From assembly GCA_965215505.1 (NCBI GenBank), contig OZ244065.1, forward strand, positions 5,600,001 to 5,664,000: 64,000 nucleotides of DNA, read 5' to 3'. The translations under genes were made by a program, and so were the position numbers. Shown here piece after piece: positions 1 to 9,251 of this stretch. Positions within the stretch are counted from its first letter, which is position 1, and each line of letters opens with the position of its first letter. The DNA is from Capsulimonadaceae bacterium. GTDB taxonomy: Bacteria > Armatimonadota > Armatimonadia > Armatimonadales > Capsulimonadaceae. The notes below the pieces were generated by a model that was not told where the DNA came from, did not search any database, and saw only the letters and a list, made by a program, of their open reading frames with translations.

Positions 1-167
1 TCACGGAACGGGGCATCGAGTACGCGACGCGCCAGTGCCGCGACCTGCTGGAACAGGGCGTGGCGGGCCTGCACGTCTACACCTTCAACCGCGCCCTGTC
101 CGCCGTGCGTATCACCAAGACCCTGCGCGCCGAAGGCTACTTCCCGGTGCAGAAGAAGCCGAAGTAG
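1..167 (+). CDS. metF: Methylenetetrahydrofolate reductase, 3' end (partial)
   Basis: Frame from nt 3 reads TERGIEYATRQCRDLLEQGVAGLHVYTFNR...KKPK*, matching the MetF C-terminal GLHxYTxNR motif; TAG at 165-167. Confidence 0.85.
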   Translation, partial: TERGIEYATRQCRDLLEQGVAGLHVYTFNRALSAVRITKTLRAEGYFPVQKKPK

Positions 168-196
168 CGACCCTTCGCACCTGAAAGCCCCATCTT

Positions 197-2584
197 TTGA
201 CCGAACCCATCACCTACGATGCCCAATCGTTCCTCATTGACGGCGAGCGCGTCTTCCTGACAGCAGGGGCGATCCACTATCCGCGCGTCCCGCGCGAGCT
301 GTGGGCGGACCGCATCCAGAAGGCCAAGGCCGCCGGGCTGAACACCTTGCAGCTCTACTTCTTCTGGAACGTCCACGAGCCGGAGGAAGGCAACTTCGTC
401 TTTGAAGGCCAGGCCGATGTCGCCGCCTTTCTGGACATGATCGCCGAGGCCGGGCTGTACATCGTCGTCCGCCCCGGCCCGTACATCTGCGCCGAGTGGG
501 ACGGCGGCGGCTTCCCCGCCTGGCTCTACACCAAGGCCGGGCTGGAGACGCGGACGCTGAACCCGCTCTACTTGCAGGCCGTCGAGAACTACTGGAGCCG
601 CCTGCTGCCGATCTTCGCCGAGCGGCAGATCACGCGCGGCGGCAGGATCATCCTCTGCCAGATCGAGAACGAGCTGAACCTGGGCGGCAGCCAGGGCCAC
701 GCCCAGGAACTCTACATGGAGGCCTTGATCGGCATCGCCCGCAAGTACGGGATTGACGTGCCCCTGATCACCTGCGAGGGCCAGTTCCCCGGTGCCATCG
801 AGTGCATCAACGCCCACCGGATCGCCGACCGCTTCGAGGACTATCGGCGGCGGCAGCCCGACAAACCCCTGCACTCCACCGAGTTCTGGACGGGCTGGTA
901 CAATGTCTGGGATAAGCCTTACGACACCGCCCCCGCCTGGGGCGGCGGCAACCCCTTCGCCCCGGCCTTCACCGAGCGCGAGACGTGGCGCATCCTGGCG
1001 ATGGGCGGGGCGGGCTACACCTACTATATGTGGCACGGCGGGACGAACTTCGGCTATGGCGCGATGTACGGTCAGACGACTTCCTACTATAGCACCGGCC
1101 CGCTCTCCGAGACGGGGGGCTTGCAGGAGAAGTTTGGGCGGACCCGCCGCGTCGCCCTGTTCGCGCAGACGTTCAAAGACATCCTGCTGAACGCGCCGGT
1201 CTATGACCCGGCCCTGCACCGCCAAACGCTCTCCAGTGGTGTCCTGCTGCACCGGCGCGAGACGGACGGCGGCAAACTCTGGTTCCTGGAAAATAAAGGA
1301 ACGGAGCGCACGGACGTGGACCTGTCCGAGATCGCCGAGGGCCTGCCGCACCATGTCGCCGTCCCCGCCGGGACGGTCCGCCCGCTCGTCCTGGACTGGT
1401 CCGTCGGCGGCACCCCGATGGATTTCTACGCGCCCATCATCACCCAGGTTCTGGAAGCCCCGAACGAAACCATCGTCGTCGCCTACGACCCGGACAATGA
1501 CCCCAAGTTCGCCGCCACCCCCGGTGACCCGGTCCACGTCCGCCGCCACGAAACGCCCGAAGGCCGGACGCAGACGTTCCTGACGCTGACGCCCGGCCAG
1601 ATAGACCTGACCTGGTTCGGCGCGGACGGCACGGTCTATCTCGGCGCGTACTATCTGCGCGAAACGGATGACGGGCCGAAAGCCGAGCTGACGCCCGGCG
1701 CGACCGACCTGTGGAAATACGGGGGCGGGGCCTGGACGCCGCTTCACGTCCCCGACACGGCCCTGCCGGATGCGCCCATCCTGGAGAACTGGCAGAGCGC
1801 GCCCGCCGACGAGGAGGCCCAGCCTGACTACGACACGTCGGCGTGGACGGCGATGTACCAGCCGATGAACCGCGTCCACCTGGGCGACAAGTCCGGCTAC
1901 GCCTGGTATCGGACGACGCTGGATGCCGAGAGCGACGGGGAAGCGACGCTGACGCTGACCGCCCTGGCCGACCGCGCCCTGCTCTTAGTCAACGGCGCAC
2001 TCGTGGCCGTGAGCGAGGCCCCCGCCGAGGAGCGCATGGCTGACCCGTCCCTGACCGCCCGCGTCTCGCTCCAAGCGGGCGCGAACACGGTCGCCGTCCT
2101 GAGCGACGACATGGGGCACCTCAAAGGGGCCTGGCAGTTCAAGGGGCGGCGGCTGGAGGAAGACAAAAAGGGTCTGTTCGGCCCCGTCCTGCGCGACTTC
2201 AGCGGAGCCATCACGGACTGGCGTTTCCGGCCCAAGCTCTCTTGGGAGATGGCACCGGGTGAGACTGCTTGGGGACCTTTGGAGGATGCCGCGCGCCCGC
2301 TGCGCCTCTTCCGCGCTTCGTTCGCGCTGCCGATGGACGAGATGGGCGTGCCGGATCGGGAGGTCATCGCCCACCTGGACTGCATGGGCAAGGGCGTACT
2401 GTACGTCAACGGGATCAACCTGGGCCGCTACTGGGCGATCAACGGCCACACGCGCTACTACGTCCCCAAGTGCTGGCTGCGGGAACACAACGAGCTGGTG
2501 CTGTTCGAGGAGACGGACGCCGCACCGGACGGCGTCCGTCTGGCCTGGGACAGCCTCTCAGTCGGCGCGCTCGTGTCCTTGTAG
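197..2584 (+). CDS. Beta-galactosidase, glycoside hydrolase family 35
   Basis: GAIHYPR, WNVHEP, RPGPYICAEWDGGGFPAWL, QIENE and YYMWHGGTNFG motifs; C-terminal MGKG..NG.NLGRYW; TTG start. Confidence 0.92.
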   Translation: MTEPITYDAQSFLIDGERVFLTAGAIHYPRVPRELWADRIQKAKAAGLNTLQLYFFWNVHEPEEGNFVFEGQADVAAFLDMIAEAGLYIVVRPGPYICAEWDGGGFPAWLYTKAGLETRTLNPLYLQAVENYWSRLLPIFAERQITRGGRIILCQIENELNLGGSQGHAQELYMEALIGIARKYGIDVPLITCEGQFPGAIECINAHRIADRFEDYRRRQPDKPLHSTEFWTGWYNVWDKPYDTAPAWGGGNPFAPAFTERETWRILAMGGAGYTYYMWHGGTNFGYGAMYGQTTSYYSTGPLSETGGLQEKFGRTRRVALFAQTFKDILLNAPVYDPALHRQTLSSGVLLHRRETDGGKLWFLENKGTERTDVDLSEIAEGLPHHVAVPAGTVRPLVLDWSVGGTPMDFYAPIITQVLEAPNETIVVAYDPDNDPKFAATPGDPVHVRRHETPEGRTQTFLTLTPGQIDLTWFGADGTVYLGAYYLRETDDGPKAELTPGATDLWKYGGGAWTPLHVPDTALPDAPILENWQSAPADEEAQPDYDTSAWTAMYQPMNRVHLGDKSGYAWYRTTLDAESDGEATLTLTALADRALLLVNGALVAVSEAPAEERMADPSLTARVSLQAGANTVAVLSDDMGHLKGAWQFKGRRLEEDKKGLFGPVLRDFSGAITDWRFRPKLSWEMAPGETAWGPLEDAARPLRLFRASFALPMDEMGVPDREVIAHLDCMGKGVLYVNGINLGRYWAINGHTRYYVPKCWLREHNELVLFEETDAAPDGVRLAWDSLSVGALVSL

Positions 2585-2604
2585 GGGCGCGATTCATCGC
2601 GCCC
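2581..2604 (+). repeat. GTAG-type REP-like palindrome
   Basis: GTAGGGGCGCGATTCATCGCGCCC; identical copy at 23775 and a one-mismatch copy at 29908. Confidence 0.8.
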
Positions 2605-2634
2605 TCCTTGTCAAGCGCGCCCTCCCCTTCGATA

Positions 2635-3666
2635 TCACACAGCTACCTTCTGCCCCGTCCGCGCGCTGGCCGCAACGGCGTCCAGGGCGCGCATGTTGTT
2701 CAGGCCGTCTTCGGCGGTCAATAGGAAAACATCATCGCCGAGGATGCGGCGCGACATCGCCTCCACCTCGGAGACGTACATGCTCCCTGCCTGAGACCGG
2801 CGCTCCTCGTCCTGCCCGCCTCGCGACAGGCAGTAATCGCCCGCTTCGGCGTGGTCCCCCTGTGCCTGGCCCCCGAGCAGGAAGTTCGGTACGATGACTG
2901 AGGCCTCACTGCCCACGATCTCGTAGGTCGCCCGGAAGGACAGCGAGAACGAGCAGTCAATCAGAGCGATGCCCCCCCCGTCGAACTCCATGAGCGCCGT
3001 CGTCGTCGTGTCAATCCCCGTCTGCGGGTCGTACAGCGATTTGGCCGTCACGGCCGTCGGCTCCCGCGCGAACACGCGCCGGGCGATGTGGATGCAGTAA
3101 CACCCGACATCGAACAGTGCCCCGCCGCCCATGCTGGGGTCGCGCCTATAATCGTCCTCGTCGGTCTGCACGAACGAGAAGGAGGCCCGCACCAGGCGCG
3201 GGTCGCCCAAATCGCCGCCGCGCACTAGGCCCGCTACCTCTTGCTGCAAAGGGTGATACCGGTACATGAACGCTTCGGACAGCACGACCCCGTTGTCTTG
3301 CGCCGTCTCGACCATCTCCTCCGCCTGTTGTGCGTTCAAGGCCAGCGGCTTCTCGCACAGGACGTGCTTGCCGTTGTTCATCGCCTCGACGGCCCAGCCC
3401 AGGTGCAGGTTGTTCGGCAGGGGCAGATAGACCGCGTCCACCCGGTCGTCGGCGATCAGCGAGTCGTAATCCCCATACGCCGCCACGTCCGGCCCGGCCA
3501 GTGCCGCGATCTCCCGCGCGCTGTCCCGGCTGCGCGAGGCGACGGCGGCGAGTTCCGCGTGTTCGCTGGTCAGGATAGCGGGGATCAGCGCGTTCTTGGC
3601 GATGCGCGCCGTCGCCCCGATGACCCCCCACCGGACTTTCCGTGTGTCCCCTTGCGTGTCCGCCAT
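2635..3666 (-). CDS. Gfo/Idh/MocA family oxidoreductase
   Basis: WGVIGA, DAVYLPLPNNLH, GKHVLCEKP, GGGALFDVGCY. Confidence 0.92.
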   Translation of the reverse strand: MADTQGDTRKVRWGVIGATARIAKNALIPAILTSEHAELAAVASRSRDSAREIAALAGPDVAAYGDYDSLIADDRVDAVYLPLPNNLHLGWAVEAMNNGKHVLCEKPLALNAQQAEEMVETAQDNGVVLSEAFMYRYHPLQQEVAGLVRGGDLGDPRLVRASFSFVQTDEDDYRRDPSMGGGALFDVGCYCIHIARRVFAREPTAVTAKSLYDPQTGIDTTTTALMEFDGGGIALIDCSFSLSFRATYEIVGSEASVIVPNFLLGGQAQGDHAEAGDYCLSRGGQDEERRSQAGSMYVSEVEAMSRRILGDDVFLLTAEDGLNNMRALDAVAASARTGQKVAV

Positions 3667-3729
3667 GTCTGCTCCTTACTGTTCGCTCTTATGCAGGACT
3701 TTCCGCCCGTTCAGGCGTATCTTACCCCC

Positions 3730-5433
3730 GTGAACGCCCGAATTATACCCACCCTCGCCGCCGCGTGTCTTCTGCTCACCGGCTGCCGCCACGACACCGA
3801 CTCGGCGCCCGCTCCGGCCCCACTGCCGGCTGATCAGGCCACCGCCGCGAACGCCCTGTTCCTGAACCAGAGGACCTTCGACCCGTGGGTGCTGACAACC
3901 ACGGACCAGAACCGCCTTGTTGACCCCTACCTGAGCGACGGCCGCATCGGCAGCCAGTTCACGGCCTCCGGCCACAACGGTACGACATATGCGGCAGGTG
4001 ATTATAAAGACGGACAGCTCGCAGCACATCCGCCACTGATTGTGGGAACGCTGAGTCCTGGGCTGCGATTCCAGCAGGCTTTGAATCTGCAATCAGGACA
4101 GTTATTCCTAAGCATGCAGGGAACACAGGTTGCTTCCCCCACGCCTGAAGATAAGCTGCATCTTCACCCCGCCGAGTGGCCCCGCCTCTGGCAGACCTCC
4201 GACATCGTCATCACGGGCGACCCGGAGGCGCAGCAGGTGACGCATGCCAACCTGTTCTATCTGCTCTCCTCCACCTACCCCGGCTCCGACCACTCCATCC
4301 CGCCGATGGGCCTGTCATCCAACATCTATGGGGGCCATATCTTCTGGGACGCGGAGGTCTGGATGATGCCCGCGCTCATCGTCCAGCACCCCGACTATGC
4401 TAGGTCAATCATCGCCTATCGGTTCAAGCTGCTGGGGCAGGCCAAGAAGAACGCCAAGATGCACGGCTTCGCCGGGGCCGAGTACCCCTGGGAGAGCGCG
4501 GACACGGGCGCGGAGATGGTCGGCGGGGAGTTCACCAAGGAGCGGCACATCACCGCGGATGTCGGCTGGGCCGCCTGGCAGTATTACCTGTGGACGGGTG
4601 ACAAAGCGTACCTGCGAAGCGAGGGATGGCCGGTTCTACAGGCGACGGCGCAGTACTGGGTTTCACGCGTGACGAAGGGCGCAGAAGGCAAGTACCACGT
4701 TAAAGGCGTCCTGTCCCCCGACGAGACGGCGGGCGTGGTGGACGACGACGCCTGGACGAATGCCGTCGTGCAGGCGAACCTCCGGGCGGCATCGCGGGCG
4801 GCGGCGGCTATGGGGCAGCCCGCCGACCCGCGCTGGAAGACGGTCGCGGACGGGATGTTCTTCCCCTTCGACAAGCCGCGCGGCATCCCCGCCGAGAACG
4901 ATGCGCCGCTGACGGACCGCTTCGCCGCCAAACAGGCCGACACGCTGCTGCTGGTCCATCCCTTGAATGTCCCGTTCGACCCGCAGACGGAAGGCAAGAT
5001 GCTGGACTTCTACACGGCCCACACCATCAAGAACGGTCCCGCCATGACGGCCAGCATCCACGCCGTCGTCGCCGCCCGGCTCGGGCGTGGCAAGGATAGC
5101 CTGGACCTGTTCCACGACTCCTACAGGCCGTTCATGCGCGGGCCGTGGGACGCCTTCGCGGAGAAGCGGACCTCGAACCGAGTTTACTTCTGCACCGGGA
5201 TGGGCGGCTGCCTCCAGAGTGTCCTGTACGGCTTCGCAGGCCTGCAAGTCGTCGAGCCGGGCCAGAAGGCGGCGGGGACGAAGATCGCGGGGGACGGCGA
5301 GGCGTCCCTGCACGCCGATCCGCACCTGCCGCCGGGGTGGGGCGGGCTGACCGTCAAGGGAATACAGTTCCGGGGCAGGACGCTCGACCTGAGCGTGATG
5401 TCGGGGAACAAGGTCACGGCGACGGCCAGATGA
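3730..5433 (+). CDS. Glycoside hydrolase family 65 protein, putative lipoprotein
   Basis: YGGHIFWDAE, GAEYPWES, SPDE and KQAD GH65 motifs; GTG start gives signal peptide with LLTGC lipobox (ATG at 3691 is an alternative). Confidence 0.85.
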   Translation: MNARIIPTLAAACLLLTGCRHDTDSAPAPAPLPADQATAANALFLNQRTFDPWVLTTTDQNRLVDPYLSDGRIGSQFTASGHNGTTYAAGDYKDGQLAAHPPLIVGTLSPGLRFQQALNLQSGQLFLSMQGTQVASPTPEDKLHLHPAEWPRLWQTSDIVITGDPEAQQVTHANLFYLLSSTYPGSDHSIPPMGLSSNIYGGHIFWDAEVWMMPALIVQHPDYARSIIAYRFKLLGQAKKNAKMHGFAGAEYPWESADTGAEMVGGEFTKERHITADVGWAAWQYYLWTGDKAYLRSEGWPVLQATAQYWVSRVTKGAEGKYHVKGVLSPDETAGVVDDDAWTNAVVQANLRAASRAAAAMGQPADPRWKTVADGMFFPFDKPRGIPAENDAPLTDRFAAKQADTLLLVHPLNVPFDPQTEGKMLDFYTAHTIKNGPAMTASIHAVVAARLGRGKDSLDLFHDSYRPFMRGPWDAFAEKRTSNRVYFCTGMGGCLQSVLYGFAGLQVVEPGQKAAGTKIAGDGEASLHADPHLPPGWGGLTVKGIQFRGRTLDLSVMSGNKVTATAR

Positions 5434-6488
5434 TTCCCTGGTTGCAGTCCCTCAAGTTCCGGCCGCGCCTGCGGGACTTCTACCGCAACCCGCTCCTGCG
5501 GCTGCGGCTGGCCCTGCTGCTCGGGGTCTTCATCCTGACCGGCGGCACGGCGGGCTACATGGGGATCGAGCATTACACCTTCCTCGAAGCGCTGTTCATG
5601 ACCGTCATCACGCTGGGCAGTGTCGGCTACGGCGAGGTCAAGCCGCTCGACACGGCCGGGACGGTCTTCACGATCGTCCTCATCCTGTTCGGGCTGGGCA
5701 CGGCGGCGTGGCTGTTCACCACCATCATCGAAACGTTCGTCAGCGAGCAAACGCTGCTGCTTCTCTTCAGGAAACGGATGGACCGCACGGTGAACGCCCT
5801 CAAAAACCACTACATCGTCTGCGGCTATGGCCGTATCGGGCAGCAGATCGCGCTAGGGTACACGAACGACAAAGTGCCCTACGTCGTCGTTGAGCAGGAG
5901 CCTTCGCGCGTGGAAATGTTACGGGAAGCCGATGTCCCGCATGTGGAAGGGGACGCCGCCGACGATGAGGTGCTGAAAAGGGCCGGAATAGACCGCGCCG
6001 CCGCTCTCATCGCCGTAACGCCGACCGATGCCGTCAACACGTTCATCGTCCTCTCGGCGCGCGGCCTGCGGCCGGACCTCTACATCGTCGCCCGCGCGGA
6101 CACATTGCAGAACGAGGCCAAGCTGCTCCGGGCGGGGGCCAGCAAGGTCGTCTCGCCGCACATCCTGGGAGGCCGGTGGATGGCGATCACGGCGATCAAC
6201 CCCGCCGTCACGGACTTCATCACGGCCATGACGGAAACCGACCAGTCCAAGTTCCTGCTGCGGGAGGCGACGGTGACCGCCCGTGCCGCCTGCGCGGGTA
6301 TGACGTTCGGGGCCGCCCAACTCAAGCAGAAGACCGGTGCCCTCGTCGTCGCCCTGCGGGCCGGCGGCGAGGGCGGCGTCTTCGTCCCGAACCCGCCCGA
6401 CGCACGGACGCTGACGCCCGGCGACATCTTGATCGCCATCGGCTCCCCGACCCAGCTTTCGAACCTCGCCTGCCTGCTGAACCCCTAG
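5430..6488 (+). CDS. Potassium channel protein with RCK (TrkA-N/TrkA-C) domains
   Basis: TLGSVGYGE selectivity filter; HYIVCGYGRIG RCK motif; ATGA overlap with the upstream gene. Confidence 0.92.
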   Translation: MIPWLQSLKFRPRLRDFYRNPLLRLRLALLLGVFILTGGTAGYMGIEHYTFLEALFMTVITLGSVGYGEVKPLDTAGTVFTIVLILFGLGTAAWLFTTIIETFVSEQTLLLLFRKRMDRTVNALKNHYIVCGYGRIGQQIALGYTNDKVPYVVVEQEPSRVEMLREADVPHVEGDAADDEVLKRAGIDRAAALIAVTPTDAVNTFIVLSARGLRPDLYIVARADTLQNEAKLLRAGASKVVSPHILGGRWMAITAINPAVTDFITAMTETDQSKFLLREATVTARAACAGMTFGAAQLKQKTGALVVALRAGGEGGVFVPNPPDARTLTPGDILIAIGSPTQLSNLACLLNP

Positions 6489-6497
6489 CAGCCCGTG

Positions 6498-7091
6498 TCA
6501 CATTCGCAGCAGCGCGTTCCCCGCCGAGGCCAGCCACTCCCGATCGGCTTCGCGCAGGAACTCGCCGATCACGACCTCCTCGCCTCGGCCTTGAAGAGTG
6601 AGAGTGCCCGCGTCAAGCCCCGGCGGGATGCGCCGGAGCAGGAAGCCGCGCACATCCCGCCGCGCCAGCCGATGCTCCCGCGCTCGCCCCCACTCCGAAT
6701 GCCGGACGCCCACCCATTCTTCAGAGATCTCCACCGTGTCACGCGCCGTGACCGGGCGCAGGATCGCCGCCAGGGTGAAGAACCCGAGTGCCTCAGCCAG
6801 CAACAGGCCCAGCAGCAGGGCCGGCTCCCAGTGGCGCAGCGAGTAGGGCAGTCCGGTGGGCGAGATCTGGGCCATGAACAGCACGCTCCGACGTGCTAGC
6901 ACCAGAACCAGGCCGGTGTAGAAGGTAATGAGGAGGTTTGCGAGCAGTACGCAGGCGAAGAACAGGACGACGGGGGAGACGCCGCGCGGCGGGATGACGA
7001 GGGTGATGTTCCCGTCCTCCTCGCGCCGGATTTGGATGGGGCAGTGGCCGGGCCGCTCGCGCGCCCCAGGCACCTCGTCCAGAGTCGTCAT
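6498..7091 (-). CDS. Hypothetical membrane protein (2 TM segments, PH-like C-terminus possible)
   Basis: Two hydrophobic stretches; 4-nt overlap with the UDG stop. Confidence 0.7.
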   Translation of the reverse strand: MTTLDEVPGARERPGHCPIQIRREEDGNITLVIPPRGVSPVVLFFACVLLANLLITFYTGLVLVLARRSVLFMAQISPTGLPYSLRHWEPALLLGLLLAEALGFFTLAAILRPVTARDTVEISEEWVGVRHSEWGRAREHRLARRDVRGFLLRRIPPGLDAGTLTLQGRGEEVVIGEFLREADREWLASAGNALLRM

Positions 7092-7699
7092 GCCGCCCGC
7101 GTTTCCAGCAGCGTCCGTAGGGCGCGGTAGTCCGCCTCCTGTGCAGCGTGACTGCGCCCCGTCGGGCTGATGACGACTTGCGGGGATGGGTGATAAAGCG
7201 GGAATAGTGTGTGCCCGTTCCAGGAAACCGCCGTCGCCGCGTGTTGCCGGAGGGTGTAGGAGTGGCTTTCGATGAGGTGCAGTGCGGCCAAGGCTTTGTT
7301 GCCCAGCGTCACGAGGACGGCCGGCCGGACGACGGCCAGGGTGCGCCGGAGGAAGGGCGCACAGTTCCGCAGTTCGGTCGGGGAGGGTGGGGCGTTCGTC
7401 CCGCGCTCCGTGCGCGGGTTGCAGAGGGCGGCGTTGGTCACGAAGACCTCCTCCCGAGCCATCCCCGCCGATTGGAGGTAACGAGTGAAGTTGCGGCCGG
7501 AAGCGTCCCCGGACAATGGAATGCCGCCCTTCTCCGCCCCGAACCGCCCAGGCGCTTCGGCGATGAACAGGACGCGCGCCGCCAGCGGCCCGTTGCCGGC
7601 AGAAAGCACCCGCCGACGTCCCTCCATGCGCGGGCAGGCCCGGCAGGCCTGGGCCTCGCGGACCAGCGCGGCGAACTCGTTTTCGGGGTCGGTCGTCAC
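7088..7699 (-). CDS. Uracil-DNA glycosylase, family 4-like (Fe-S)
   Basis: CRACPRM, FIAEAPG, TNAALCNP, LYHPS; GTG start at 7699 chosen. Confidence 0.85.
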   Translation of the reverse strand: MTTDPENEFAALVREAQACRACPRMEGRRRVLSAGNGPLAARVLFIAEAPGRFGAEKGGIPLSGDASGRNFTRYLQSAGMAREEVFVTNAALCNPRTERGTNAPPSPTELRNCAPFLRRTLAVVRPAVLVTLGNKALAALHLIESHSYTLRQHAATAVSWNGHTLFPLYHPSPQVVISPTGRSHAAQEADYRALRTLLETRAA

Positions 7700-7713
7700 T
7701 CGTCCCACCGCCG

Positions 7714-8226
7714 TTAAATTTCCAGCTTGTCGAAACGGCCCGCGCCGGGGTCGAGCGCGTTCTGTAGAACCTGATAGGCCTCCTCGACTTTTTGCAGGAT
7801 CATCTTGGCTTCGGCCTGCTCCTGGGTGCCGTCGGCGAACCGGGAAGGCGCGCACCGGTCGCGCAGCTTGTTGGCCGCCGTCTGCACGGTCAGGAAGTCC
7901 GAGCCGGGCGGGACGCCGAGGATCTTATAGGCCGTCTGCATCGGGTCGGTCTGCAAGGCCGGAGACGCGGCGGGAACGGGCGACGGGGCGTAGCGTGCCG
8001 GAGACAGCTCCCTCTGATTGGCGGACGCCTGGCGCGCGGCGGTGATCTTCGCCTGCGCGCGCTCCATCGGGTCGTCACTGGCCGACAGCCCCGCCTGGAT
8101 GTCGTCGCGGTTCAGGGCCTTCGTCAGCTCATCCTGCGCGTCCGCCGTGATGTCGTTCAGGCGGCCCTTCGCTTCGTTGAGGTAGGTTTTCGCGAGGCGG
8201 AACGACCGCCCCAGAATGTCAGCCAT
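7714..8226 (-). CDS. J-domain-like protein lacking HPD
   Basis: C-terminal AYKILGV...LRDRCAPSRF...KVEEAYQVL follows the DnaJ-domain pattern. Confidence 0.75.
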   Translation of the reverse strand: MADILGRSFRLAKTYLNEAKGRLNDITADAQDELTKALNRDDIQAGLSASDDPMERAQAKITAARQASANQRELSPARYAPSPVPAASPALQTDPMQTAYKILGVPPGSDFLTVQTAANKLRDRCAPSRFADGTQEQAEAKMILQKVEEAYQVLQNALDPGAGRFDKLEI

Positions 8227-8269
8227 AAATGATCCTGGTCCTTACGGGCGAGCCGTTGTATGCCGGCCG

Positions 8270-9052
8270 TTACGAGGGGGACGTGCCGTTGCCGCCGACG
8301 CGGGCTTCCAGCTCCTGGAGCTGCCGGTCGATGTCGGACCCGGCGATGGGGGTGCGGGGCGCGACATTTGCGCTGGCGGCGGGCTTGGGGGCAAGCCCGA
8401 GCCGCTGCTCCATCTGTGCCAGCTCGTCGTCTGCGTTGTTGGCGGCCTCCACGTCTCCCAAGCCGGCCAGCTTGCCGCTCAGGCTCTCGCGGGCAAGCTC
8501 CGTCCGCGCCTGCCCCTCGCTGCGGGCGTTGGAGATCTTGGCCGCCGCGCGCTCGAAGGCCTGGTCGGTGCCGTCCGCCGACATGCCTTCCAGGGCCTTG
8601 TTCATCGAGTTCTCGATCTGGGCCTGCTTCCACTGCGCCTTCATCGAGAGCGCCTGGGCGGTCTTGGCACGGATGCGCTCCTCCTCGCGCCGCATGGCGG
8701 TCTTGACGGCTTCGGTCGTTTCCAAAGCCTGCTGGAGCGAGACCTTGGTGGACTCCAGCGTGCCGTCATACTGCCCCTTCTCGATCAGGAGCTGGCGGGC
8801 CAGATCGCGGTCGCCGTTCTTCAGGGCAAGCTCGGCCTTCGCCTGCAAGTTGTTGACCATCTTCTGGGTCTGGTCCACGAGGGCTTGCAGGTTGTTCTTC
8901 TGCGTGATCGCCTGCACCGCCCGCTCGCGGTTCTTGGCCTGCGCCTCTCGCATCTCTTGCTGGGCCTGCTGCAAGAGGATCTCGGGGTCCTCCAGCTTGT
9001 CCAGATTGAAGCCGAGCAGGCCCTTCAAATACCGCATGATTCGACTGAACAT
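8270..9052 (-). CDS. pspA: PspA/IM30 (Vipp1-like) protein
   Basis: LDKLEDPEILLQQAQQEM, AELALKNGDRDLARQLL, coiled coil, extra C-terminal helix; RBS GAAGGAG. Confidence 0.92.
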   Translation of the reverse strand: MFSRIMRYLKGLLGFNLDKLEDPEILLQQAQQEMREAQAKNRERAVQAITQKNNLQALVDQTQKMVNNLQAKAELALKNGDRDLARQLLIEKGQYDGTLESTKVSLQQALETTEAVKTAMRREEERIRAKTAQALSMKAQWKQAQIENSMNKALEGMSADGTDQAFERAAAKISNARSEGQARTELARESLSGKLAGLGDVEAANNADDELAQMEQRLGLAPKPAASANVAPRTPIAGSDIDRQLQELEARVGGNGTSPS

Positions 9053-9190
9053 GAACTGTCTCCTTCGGGAACGTGCGAGGCACGGCGTACCTGGAATGTC
9101 GTAGAGAATGTCGTAGAAAGCGTCGTCAAGTCTTTATGACACGCGAACCGGCGAAAAGTCGCAGAGCGCCGGCAGGGCCTCATAGAACAT

Positions 9191-9219
9191 ATTATAACAG
9201 ACTGTAAACCCTTTTTCAA
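9191..9219 (-). promoter_or_regulatory. Sigma70-type promoter for the pspA operon
   Basis: Minus strand TTGAAA (9214-9219), 17 nt, TATAAT (9191-9196). Confidence 0.7.
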
Positions 9220-9251
9220 TCGCGGCTTCCAAGAGCAGGTATAATCGCCCC

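Noticed and set aside
3241-3729. Extended N-termini given in the ORF track (GH65 from 3241; also K+ channel 5145, ribF 15565, DUF433 41174, HAD 58078)
   Set aside because: They overlap neighbouring real genes; downstream starts fit domain boundaries and the promoter or overlap signals.
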